Shown in pieces: positions 35,822 through 48,200 of a stretch of 64,000 bases of DNA (the stretch's first letter is position 1; each line of letters begins with the position of its first letter). Source of the stretch: Thalia democratica. Its lineage: Eukaryota. The position numbers and the translations under genes are program-made. The stretch spans positions 60,698,001 to 60,762,000 of the forward strand of contig OZ241830.1 of the NCBI GenBank assembly GCA_965202585.1, read 5' to 3'. The notes below the pieces were generated by a model, which was not told the origin of the DNA, did no database searches, and saw only the letters and a list, made by a program, of their open reading frames with translations.

Positions 35822-38800
35822 ATGACAAAACAAACTACTGAAGATAAAGATACTACTCTACTTTCTGAAAAAGTTAGTGTTAGTTGTTTTAAGACATACA
35901 CATTAGTTCAATTTCTAGGGTGTAGTACTGCATAAAATCAATCATTTTTAATACATAATTTAATTAATAGTAAATAATTATTATAAATTCCTTATTTAAG
36001 ATTATATTTTGAACCTATTGTTATAACAAAATGTTTACAGTCTTCAATAAGCCGTGAAACGATGAGAGATTTCGTCGGTTTGGACGCTTCGGACTCGCAA
36101 GCACAATCTGCCATGCTCAATTTCAGCTACCATCTTACTAAGGGCGATATGGATAAAGCTTTCAAAGCTATCAAGCTCATTAAAGGGTAAATATCACTTG
36201 TTTTATAAATAAGCAATAGTGTTTTACATAACAAGCTTATCATGTTTAAGTTTCAAATAAGTAATTAAATTAAAATGTTTTAATTAAATTTCATTATTTT
36301 GATCTGAAAAATATTGTTTAATATCAATTTTTATGTAAACAATGTAATTTATTACGTGAAATTGAACTACTTACTACATATGAAGTTTGTGTAATGCTGG
36401 GTTTCCCAATATTTTGTTAAGGTCCCATTTGAAGAAATTAAAAAGGTATTGACCCCTTTCAATGAGATTTTCAAAAAATTACCCTAAGACCTTTTTTTTG
36501 CTCTTCATCATAAACTCAAGAATATCTAATGTAAGTTTCAAATTATGACCTTATGCACCCCATGGCACCTTAATTAGTCACGGCCTTCCTTTGAACCCTA
36601 TGCAGCTTATGGCCCTCAAGGGGTCCATACGATCTACTTTAGGAAGCCCTGGTGTAATGTGTATAGGTTGATATTAAAACGTTGAAAAGCACCATGCAAA
36701 TATTCCGATGTGATACAAACTTTACAGATCTCGGGTGTGGGAGAGCATGGCTCGCATGTGCGTAAAATCGAGGAGGTTGGACGTGGCGCAGGTGTGCCTG
36801 GCAAACATGGGACACGCGAGGGGAGTTCGCGCGATCAAGCATCAACAAGATCACATCAACGCTCGTGTTGCCAGGCTCGCTATCGAGCTCAAAATGAATG
36901 TCAGTTCACATTTTTTAGCTAGTAGTGTAGTAGTAGTAGTGAATAGTAGTAGTGTAAAGTTAAAAGTTTTGTTAACGTTTGTAAATCTTACCGTATTTTC
37001 TTACATAATTAGTTAATTATATTTGTTTCAGGGTGGCCTCTGAACCTGGAGTTTGAGAAATTTTGAAAAAAAAAATCGAAATTTTGAACAATTTTAGCAT
37101 GTTAAGTAGTAAAACTTTGATTTAACTCGAAAAATCTATCATAGAGATAAAAGAAATTCTCCTCATTAAAAATATTTTTAGTTAAAGTACACATTCAAGT
37201 AGCTTTACAGTATCTTTTTAATGTTGTTATAGTATTTAAAACAGTTTTTAACCTTAAACTTAACTTTAAACTAAAAATAGACCTAAAAACGTGTACTATC
37301 AAAAACCTTAAAAAAATCAGAAAACCTGGAAGAAGTTTCTCAAAAACCAGTGGCCACCCTGTTGTTATTAAACTTGTACACATGCTGTGTTTCAAACGAG
37401 CTTTTTGTTCAATTAACAGAATGAAGCAGAAAGACTTTATATTGATTGCGAACGTTACGATTTGCTAAATGAATTGTACCAAGCGACTGGACAGTGGTTA
37501 AAAGTTTGTTTTGTTTATTGTATAGTATTGGTGTCAAAGTTATAAAAAAGTACATAGATCACTCTCAAAAAGTGCTTGTAGTGTATTATGGCTCACAAGT
37601 CATTTCTTGGTAAAAACACAGAACTAATATCTCAAACGAGTTTAAATTTTTTAAACAAATTAAGTATTTTTTCAGTATTGTTAATACTATGTTGATTAAA
37701 ATTTTATATGTTCTACGTTGCTTTGTATTTTATTTATAAATAAAATTTAAGGCGCTGGATGTTGCTGAGAGACATGACAGAATACATTTACGTTCAACTT
37801 ATTATAATTATGCAAAATTTTTGGAGTCTTTAGGCGGATTTAAAGATGCAATTATGTAGTAAGTATTAATTTTATTTAGTTTTGGTATATTGCAACAGTT
37901 ACATAATAATTCAAATAATTTTAGCTATGAAAAATCAGGCACTCACCATTTTGAGGTGCCAAGAATGCTTTTTGACGAACTTGATATGCTCGAATCTTAT
38001 ATTATGAATTCAAAAGATAGGTTAGTTTAAAAATTTTGAAATTTAACGTTTGTCTTTTTCATTTTTATAAAGTAGTTTTTAGTATGAACACTTTAAGTCT
38101 CCAATTTAAAACAACAAATATAGGAAAGGATTAATAACTTTAGTTTCAAATAGTTTTTTTTTTATAAAACGCTTACTAATAGTAATTTTATTAATTGTAA
38201 AAATTGATTCGGCTTAATTATTTTCATAATAAAAAGTATGTAATTTAATTAAAACAGAAAGTTTCGCAAATGGTGGGCACAATACATAGAATCAACAGGC
38301 GATATGGAAAATGCGTTGAAATTTTACCAACAAGCCGGAGACCCATTGTCGCTCGTTAGAGTTTACAGTTACTGCGACCAACTTGATAAAGTTTGTTAAT
38401 ATTTGCTCGAATATTTTTACTCTTGAATGATTTTTGAAAATATTATAAGAAATTTAAAGATTGTTTGATATGTTTAGCCTAAATCAATTTGCTTAAATGG
38501 CTTTAATTAATTTTTTTGTTATTTTAGTTCAATAATTTTTTTTCAATAGTTAATTTATTGTTTCTGGTATTTTTAAAAAGTTTTTCATTAAATTTAAACA
38601 TACGAACCAACGCAGGCAGCTCAGGTAGCAAATGAAACGGGAAACAGGGCAGCCTGCTTCCATCTCGCCAGACAATATGAAAAAACTGATCAGCTCGACA
38701 AAGCAATCAACTTCTTTGCCCGCGCCATGGCTTACGGAAATGCTATTAGAATTTGTAAAGTTCGTCACTTAATATTTGTAAAAAAAAATATATAAGTTAT

Positions 38801-41800
38801 AGCACATGTAGACAATGGACCAATTTATTTTGGTAATCAAATACTTGAAGACTAATTGTTAACTTAAACAAACAAAAATATATAATTTTCTTATGTAAAA
38901 TAAACAACGAAGTCAAAAATTTAGGCCATTTTATATCATAGACAATTCGTTTATTTTGGAAATTATCAAATTTAAATACTGTTCGTTGGTAATAAAATAA
39001 ATTTAGGAACATGGGTTCGAGGAGCGGCTAATGAACATGGCACTTTTGAGTCCACCTCATGATATGGTTGAAGCTGCTAAATATTACGAACAAACTGACA
39101 ACCTCATTGATAAAGCTATTATGCTCTACCACAAGGTTTCAATCATTTATATTTTATCAGTGTTACTAGTGTTAAGCGTTTTTGTTTCTTTACAAGACAA
39201 AATTTAAAAGAAATGCGCTTTTACACTTTAAATAGTTTGTATGTAAAATACTATGTTTTGCATTAGTTATTTATATAAACGTATGTGTTTTCATTACTTT
39301 ATCATATATAAATAACTTTTGTTAAGACCCGTTAAACTTTAATATACAAAATTAAAGGAAATTTGTTTTTACACTGTAGTATTTTATGAGCAAATAGTTT
39401 TAATGCTTTTACTATCTTTGTACATATTAAAAATAAATAATTCAATAGCTATTTTATTAGTGTTTCATAAATAGTTTTCATAAAGTGTTTTGTGAGTTAA
39501 GAAATAATGTTACAAATTTGAAACATTAAACAATGTTACAACAACGCAGGCGGGTCATTTTGCAAAGGCGATAGACCTGGCGTTCAAGTACGAACAGTTT
39601 GGCGCGCTGGAGCTCATTTCGGAGGATCTCAATGAAAACACGGACGCCAGCTTGCTGACGAAATGCGCGCAATTCTTCGCACAGCACGGTCAGCACGATC
39701 GAGCCATTAAGCTGCTCGTGTCCGCTAAAAACGTTTGTGCTTGTTCATGTTTCAATTCGAATAAACTTTACACCTGAATGTTGTGTTACAGATCAAAGAA
39801 GCCATACAGGTTTGCAGCGACAACAACGTTCGCTTGACGGAAGAGCTCGTCGAAAAGCTGACCGTTTCCAGCGATCACCCCGAAATCACCCTCAAAGAGA
39901 GGTTTGTTGAAACTTATAATGAAAAATTGTGTTTTTATAACTGTAAATATTTTATAAGCAAGTATGTGGTACTTTTTTATTAGATACATTAATTGAAAAG
40001 TATCAATATCATCAGTCGTTCTACAGATAAATTTAACCAAGTTTTGTGCAAATCTAAAAAAAACTTTTTGATACAAGTTGTTGTTTAAAACTTCGGACTG
40101 CTGAATTTAAATTATTGATTAAGAAAAAATACATATTGTTCAATACAATCAAAAGGCAAAAGCAGCTGATGATGTTGGGCGACTGCTGCATGAAGCAGGG
40201 CGAGTACCTGGTGGCGTGCAAGAAGTACACGCAGTCGGGCAACGTGGACAAGGCGATGCGGGCTCTGCTGAAGTCGGGCGACACGCACAAGATAATCTAT
40301 TACGCGAACACGAGCAAGCAGCGCGACGTGTTCGTCATGGCGGCGAACTACCTGCAGTCGCTCGACTGGCGCAACCACCCTGACGTAATGAACAACATCA
40401 TCGCTTTTTACACGAAGGGAAAAGCTCACGAGTCGTTGGCCAACTTTTACGAGGCCTGCGCTCAGGTATGTTTTATGTTGAGCTTTTGAAATTTTTTTTT
40501 TATTAAAAGTTAATAGCGTTGTTCTTTCTGCTTTAACTAAACATATGCTAAATTTGTATCTGATATTTTTTAAATTTTTGACAAATTTTTATACAAAAAT
40601 AAATTCCTGATAGCTTTGTTCACCAGTTTACAAAAAAAGAATGAAAATTAATTATGGTTTATATTAATTTTCCAATAAATATTCAGATACGTTGTAACAA
40701 TTTTTCTGATATAATTTTTTGTATCTGAGTAATTAATAGTAGTTTAAAGGCTTGTATACTTTTTTGTGTGTTTTATTTTTTTGTTATTATACTAAGGTGT
40801 TTAATTTTTTTTCAAAGCGTTTTAAAATTTGTAAACAGGTAGAAATAGATGAATATCAAAATTATGAAAAAGCAGTCGGTGCATTGACTGAAGCTTTTAA
40901 GTGTTTGTCAAAATCAAAAATTGAAGATAATGAAGAAAAAGAAAACAAATTGACAAGTTTAAAAACAAAAATAGCACTTGTTAAAAAATTTGTCTCAACA
41001 AGAAGGTAGTTATATATTTATCATTTGTTTTTCAAAATAAAAAAAGTTTATATTTTGTTTATTAGTTATGAGTAAATATTTCAAGATCAATTAAATTCCT
41101 TTTTTATTAATTGAGAATATCTTTTGAAAGCTATATTAAACTCAAAAACGTTTTTATTCTAGTGAAATATTCTAATTTTTTTAAGTTTGTTAAAACTAAA
41201 AGCTGTTTTAACTAACTAAAAAACTTTCTAATACTTACCTAAAATACTTCAAAGAAAATTGCAGAAGCAATAATTTTTTTACTTAATACTATTATTGCTC
41301 ATAAAAAGCCTTGTTGTATTTTTGTAATGTATAGTTTATACAAAATACAACTTTTATTTTATGCTTTTTAGTAAAAATTTGTTTAATTTCTGTTATTTTT
41401 CTCAATGCAAAACAATTTTTTTATGAACTATAAGTTGAGCTCAACGTTACTTTAATTTAATTTTTCATAATTATGAGTTGATAGTAATTTTGACAAAATT
41501 TTTTTCATTAAAGATTGTTCGAAAGTGATGCGGAAGAAGGATTGAAGCAATGTTCAGTTCTTCTCGATCACGCCGATCTCTCTTCGTCTCCAGTCAGATA
41601 CGGAGACGTTTACGCGTTGATCATCGAACATTATGTCAGCCAACAACAATTCGAACGAGTAATTATAATTTGTTTATATTTTTCGTTACAAGATACATCT
41701 TTAATTTATTCATTAAATAATTAAATTTTTTCATTATAAAACTTTGTTTGTCAACCAAATTAATATATTAAAAATCATGTTTTTTTTTCAAACTTTTTAT

Positions 41801-42113
41801 ATTTGTTAACCAATTGAACATAAGTGCTAATGGAACGTTTTTGAGTTGCTAATGTTTCCCCGAATTCGAAATAATTGTCACTCATGTAACAAAGTAATTA
41901 TGAAAGGCTTACGAGTACGTGTTGGAAGTGAAGGAGAGAGTTCCGACGATCCGCCTCCACCACTTCGTCTCCTCCGCCGCTCTCCACCAAATATCAGCCA
42001 ATCAGCATCCACAATCAGAATCCTCCTCACATGATGACGGATCGTCGGCAGATGTGAAGGAGGAAATTTACCAAGACGACAATATCACAACACACAGTTT
42101 CGCTTTTCGATGA
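35822..42113 (+). CDS. IFT140: 5'-truncated duplicate of IFT140 (TPR half only; 15 exons, 726-aa open frame); expression unknown
   Basis: Exon-for-exon copy of 7066-13447; every GT/AG is retained and there is no stop or frameshift in 2181 coding nt. The first exon starts ATG ACA AAA (35822). Hand comparison gave 11 synonymous and 4 replacement differences. No copy of the upstream exons was seen between 15.6 and 35.6 kb. Confidence 0.8.
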
Positions 42114-44066
42114 AGAATGTTTATTTTTGACAGCAGAGAGTTTGATCTCAAAGTTTTTTAGATCTTATTTTTAATTTAAGTTTTGTTTATCAAATGATTG
42201 TTTATTCAAGCCAACAAAACAATTTTTAACTGTGATTTTTGTTACCTAAGTTTTTCTGTACTTTAAGTGTTTACCTTTTTGGTATATTTAAGATCGTTTT
42301 TAGTTTAATTTTTATTTTGCGTTATTCACTGATTTCAATTAAAATTTTTTAAAGATTTTTTAATTTTTTTTTGAGACTTCAGATTTAATAAATACTTTTT
42401 GGTATAAAATATCAAGTGTTATAGAAAATATTAACTTATTTAAGAAAATGCTTTTAATTACTAAACTAATATTTTTTAATAAACTGAAATATAACTATTT
42501 GGTATTGATATAAGCATATATATTTTTTAATAGACATCTAACTAATTTAAAAGTTTATTTGTAGTAAAGCTAATTATTACATTAAATAAATGAAAAGTAA
42601 AATTATTAAATTAATTTTGTATGTGCTTCGTTAAAGTATAAGTTAAATTCGTATCTGCATTTTGTTTGAATGTTGCAAATTTTTTTTTTATCACTTTATT
42701 GTTAGAGTTTTAAACTTTTAGAAGAAACCTAGATGTTTTTAAAAATGTATCAATTACCATTGATAAGCTAAATTCTAAAAAAGATTTACTTTAGTAAAAT
42801 ATACAAAATAAAGCAAGCTTTGAAAGAATAAATCTCATCTAGAAAACATATTTTTTCTGTTGTACATAACTTTTATCTATAATTAAACTTTTCAATTAGT
42901 AAAAGTTTGTAAATATGTTCAATCAAGAAAACTATAAATTGGGTTTAATTTTCTCCTAACAACGCGGTAATAAGCTGTTTTTTTTTGTGGTTTTTGTTTT
43001 TAAAAGTAAAAATGAAATAAGTGTTATACATTCATCATTCAGAGATCACAAATTAAATAATACAAAAAAATAACCCCGTGTTCATAGTTTATTTTAAATC
43101 TAAAACTAAATTAACAATAATTTAAATAGACTCTTTCATGAAATATGAGAGTTTGAATTTCAGTTAAACAAATTTATCGATATTTTGTAAAATAAAAATT
43201 TTCAAGAACATTATATTATTCACAACATAAAATCAACGGTATAATTATAGGTCAGCTGTAGTAGTAGGAGATTATTTTGTTAACAATGTTGTGCAAAAAA
43301 GATGAGGTAATAACACAGTTGGTAAAAAATTAATGTATTTTGAACAATTATAATTAAGCTTTTGTCTTTAAAGCAAAATTTGTATGTAAAGGATATGTAT
43401 AACCACCTCCCTTATAATTTTTTACTCTTATTCTCAAAAACTTAACATTTTAGTGTTATATCAAGTAACTTAGTTCTTTACTTTTCAAGTAAATTATATT
43501 TTTGTGAAATCTTAAGGAAATAGTAATTTTGAAATAAAAGTGTCGAATCTATGACTGTTTGTTTTAAAGAACTTTTGCGTTTTTTACAATACTTAACAAC
43601 TTTTGTTTAAATTGTAAGTGTTCCTAGATTTACACCTTTTCGTTAAATACAACGACTTAAGTAGTTATTTTTTTCTATTTTAAATGACAGCATTGGTTTA
43701 ACTAATATGTAATTTTGCAAAACATTTTGTAAAACTTATAATGTGCTTAAAACATGTTTACTATCTATTTCAGCTGGTTTTAAAATTCATATATAAAATT
43801 ACCAAAATCATTTTTTAAACAGCTAATTAAAACTTATAATGGATTGTCAACTTCTAACAAACTGTTAAGAGCTGAATTTAAATAGTTTTAGAAATACTTT
43901 TAACGTTTTTTTTTTTGAAACAAATTGAAGAAATCTACTCAGAATAATTCAAGTTTGTACCGTTATTAATATTTGTCTATAAAGTTAATTAAATAGAAAA
44001 AAAAATGTTGACCACATACATTAATATTTTCTTGTTTTCTAATCAAACTAAGATTTTATGTTAGTA

Positions 44067-44689
44067 CAGTGCTTCCTCACTTATCCGGCCATGTTTGGCA
44101 AGTATTTTTGTAAATAAGGCCGGAAAAGAACAATATATCCTTATTTTCAAGTCTACCTCAATAATATTATATAATTCATATAGTAAACCGTACACGTAAT
44201 ATCTGTTAATTTAATTTATTTTAACTTTTTTCAAAAAACCAAAGCATTAAAACAGAGAAAAACTAAACGAAACAAAACTTTTTAAAATTTAAATTTAATT
44301 TACTGAAATAAATTTATATCGTGAACAGTTGAAATAATATCGGAAATCTTTCTAAATGAGCATAAAGATTTGTTTGACATAACTTTCTTGTTTCTCAACA
44401 TAAAACACAAGGAATCGGATAAGTTGTGAAACACTTTCTTGTACTAATGCTAAGGTATTTCCTGGTAACATTCTTAAATGCAATCCGGTTTCATCGCAAT
44501 TAACAATTTAATTAGCCCTTGGTTGGATATCTTATATTTGTACAGCGCGAAAAATATGAATTATAAAACCAAATTTAGTTTTTAGAACATAGAACTGATT
44601 TTATCTAAGAAATTAATCTACTTCTAGTAAAACTGGTTGAATAAGTGAGGAAATAGATAAGTGAGGACCGGATAAGTGAGAAAGCATTG
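44067..44689. mobile_element. Tc1/mariner-pogo (Tigger-like) MITE with TA TSD, between the IFT140 copy and the WASHC4 3' end
   Basis: TA|CAGTGCTTCCTCACTTATCCGG ... CCGGATAAGTGAGAAAGCATTG|TA. Only its left ~55 bp survive in the left duplicate (~15406-15460). Confidence 0.88.
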
Positions 44690-45257
44690 TAGCTTGTAAA
44701 ATACACTAAAATTTATACTTATTTTTGTTTTATGTTTCGTAGATTTCAATAAAACACTAATTACAGTAATAAAGTTTTTAAAATTAAAACACTTGATAAA
44801 CTAAGAAAAACAACTATTTTAATACAATGAAAAAAGTGTAAATTCTAATCATGAAGTTTAATATATGATTAATAAAAAAACAATTGCACAACATACACAT
44901 GATCACGAAATCAAAAAAATAAAAAGAACAAATAAGTTCAATGGATGAAAATGGAATTGATTACTACAAGTTATTCTTTAATAACTAGATAAATATATAA
45001 ATAACTTAACTCTAAACATGAATTTAATGTTTTAGAAAGTAATTCCAAGCAGCTTTGAAAGTATTTAAAGCAAAATAAATTTTTCAAAACTATTTTTTAA
45101 AACTGCAAATGATTTACTTCAAGCAATAATGAGTTCTAAATAAAAGTTTTTTTTTTTTGCAGTAACTGTTTTATATATTTAATAAAACTGCAAATATAAT
45201 TACTACAATATAGTATTTAATTAAATATACTAAAAATTTTAATTATCACAAAAATTT

Positions 45258-48200
45258 TTAAGCTTCTGGTTTAGATGTTTTTTCCTCATTTTCTTTCTCA
45301 GCTTCTTGTTTATTTTCTGACTTCTCCTCAGTTTTTTGCTTTTCGTCGTTTTGAAAGAATATTCGGGCGCTTCTCAGGGAAAATTTCAACAAATCAAATT
45401 CCTAATTGTTATTTTGCATTTAAATATTCTGAATAATATTTGATTATGGGTGCTTTATTATGTTAAAAATATTTATGGTATGAATAGAATATTTTAAAAT
45501 ATTTCTTTGACAAATTTTATAATTTATATATATATATATATCTCTTTGTTTTTTATTTTATAAAAAGTATCTTACAGTATATACTATAACTTTTCAAACA
45601 AGATTCAATGTTAATAATGTATACCCCATATGCCCATAAAAAGTACTGTATTAGCCTTGAATGCAATTAGACTAATGAAAAGTATTGAAAAAACAAAAGA
45701 GCTGTATAATAAATAGTTATTTAGTTGTTTACTACATCTGGACCCGATGGGTCAATAGTTTTTTACTGATGACAAGACAAAAAAAAACAAAAAAAAAAAT
45801 AAAAAACTTAAAAATCAATAAACTTGTAAAATTTTCACATAAAACGACTACATTTTTAAATAATTTAGTAGTTTTGTAGAAAAAATTTACCCTATTAGAA
45901 AAACAATATCGGGATACTAATTTATTGATTCGATAGATCACCAACAATAGTAAAAACATAAAAACTAAGATGTTTACTTCAAAAACATTTTCAGAAACAC
46001 AAAAACTCAATATACTAACCCGATCGTATATTTCAATTCTCTTCAGGGCCAGTATTCTCGTCTGCTGCAAGCTTTCCGTCTCGCTGTAACTCGATGTCTT
46101 GGAATTCATCTCCGCATGCTGGCGCTGCTTGTCGTGGTTGTATTTTGATTTGACGCTGTCGAACCAGTGGAGCGAGTCGAACCTGGAGTTGGAACCCATC
46201 ACTTCCAGCAAGTACGCCAGTCCTTTAAAAAATTCTTTTTAAAGATTACTAAATCACATTATTTCAACTATAGTTGTACATCATAATTTATTACATGGTT
46301 ATTTCATGCTTTATCACCTTGAGCAAGTAAAACAGACCTTTCATGAATTTAAACATCTTTTTATAAACTTGTATATAAATAATAACTTCCATAATTATTA
46401 ATTAATTCTTCATCTTTACTTAATTATTTGTTATTATGTAATACATTATTAATTGATCCTTAACGAAAACAAAAACCAATTTTTACAAGTAATAAAATAA
46501 TTTAACTGTTTTGTTTTTTATTTCTATTTTAAGCGTTTAGATTTGATATTAGTAATTTACTTAGTTATAATAATTGTAGTGTATTTTTGATATATGTATA
46601 ACAAGCTTATGTCAATTATTTTAGTGTTTTCTTATTACCCATAGCAAATCCATCATCAGTGAATGCTGCTCCTTCTTTGTTCTTTTTATTCATTTTCTCC
46701 TTGCTGATTATTATATTTTCCACAAAGTTTATTGTCTAAAACAATAAAGTAAATATTTTATATCAACCACTTCTTTGTTTTGAGTGATTTAAATATAGAA
46801 CATTTTAGTTGTAAAATCTTAAAATGCAACACTATCACGTTTAAATTTTTTCTGCACCTTTAGTGAACAGATTTTAAATTTTCAACATAAAAGCCTATTT
46901 CATAGCGTTCAGACAAAGAAATAAAATCAAAAACATAACTAACGACAACAATGAATAAGTAACTTTTGTAAAACATAAACAGTAAAGATTTACGCAATAT
47001 TCCAAAACACTTTTTTCTACAAAAACACTTTAACATCAATTAATAAAATTCAATAAAAAGTTCGAAAATTCATATCAAAAATGCGATAATGTAGAAATGT
47101 CTGCAATGTTTTAAGATAATTATTATAAAAAAAATAATTAATAAATGAAACAAACAAGCGCGGGAACGATCAGGTAGAAATATCTGCAGTGTTTGTGCTG
47201 CTCCCCCCTCAAAATTGGCGCGAAAGTTTTCACCAGTTTGCTGAACAAGTCGCCGCCACCCCCTAATTGCTTCACCAATCTCTTCACTATGACGTCAAAT
47301 TGCGAGAACGAACTGTTTATCTGGTGTGATAAAAAAATATAGTTATGATATTGTTTAATATGTTGATATGTGTAATGTTTGGGTGGCACGACTATTCGAA
47401 TTAGTACAATTCAAATTCCGACAACTCGAATTCCTAAAAAAATTCAAGGGGCCACAAATAAAAAAGGAATGTGTATTTATCAAAAATAAAAAATACATAT
47501 CTAGGTAACATTAATATCTACAAGCCATTTTTCTTTTTGCAAATCACTAAATATTTTTTGAGATATGGTTGAATAAAGTAAAAAATATAGTTTTTGTTTA
47601 GCAATTTTAAAATATTTTAAACTATATTTTAGATTTTGCAAAAATGTAAAAGTGGCTTGTAGTTGATAAGATCTTAATATGTACTTTTTATTTTTATAAA
47701 ATTAATAACACTTATTGAGAAATAATCTTTAAATATTTTTTCAAGAATTTGAATTGTCGGAATTTGAATTGTCATGTAACTGTTGTCATATGTAAAGTTT
47801 GATGCAAAAAAAAGTTTTATTATACTATACGTGAATGTGAAAAAAATATATATCAAATATCAGAGTTTTAATTTATTTTAAGAATGCTTTCTTAATTAAC
47901 TTTGCTCGTAATTTAGCTTGTTTCTTTTATCAAATTATTTAATAAAAACGATTATAACTAAATCGATAATAAATAACTGTTTTTTCTAAGATACATTAAA
48001 AACTTTTAATAAAAAAAAAACACTTTTTTATATAAAAACTATATAAGAAACATTTATAGAACTTTTCTTTATACATAAATTTAAAACTTAATTAGTCATT
48101 TTACTTACACAACTAGTATACTAAAATCATTATGCTAAAACTTAGCAGTAATTGTACAAAATTAACAAACTAGCTTTGTTCAGATAATTTATCTATGTTC

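Larger units (their letters stand above)
35575..45790 (+). repeat. Right copy of the segmental duplication
   Basis: Homology to the left copy starts at ttagtt(ctt)gatgaataa (35575 vs 6817). Intronic MITEs are shared at the same positions in both copies. Confidence 0.93.
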
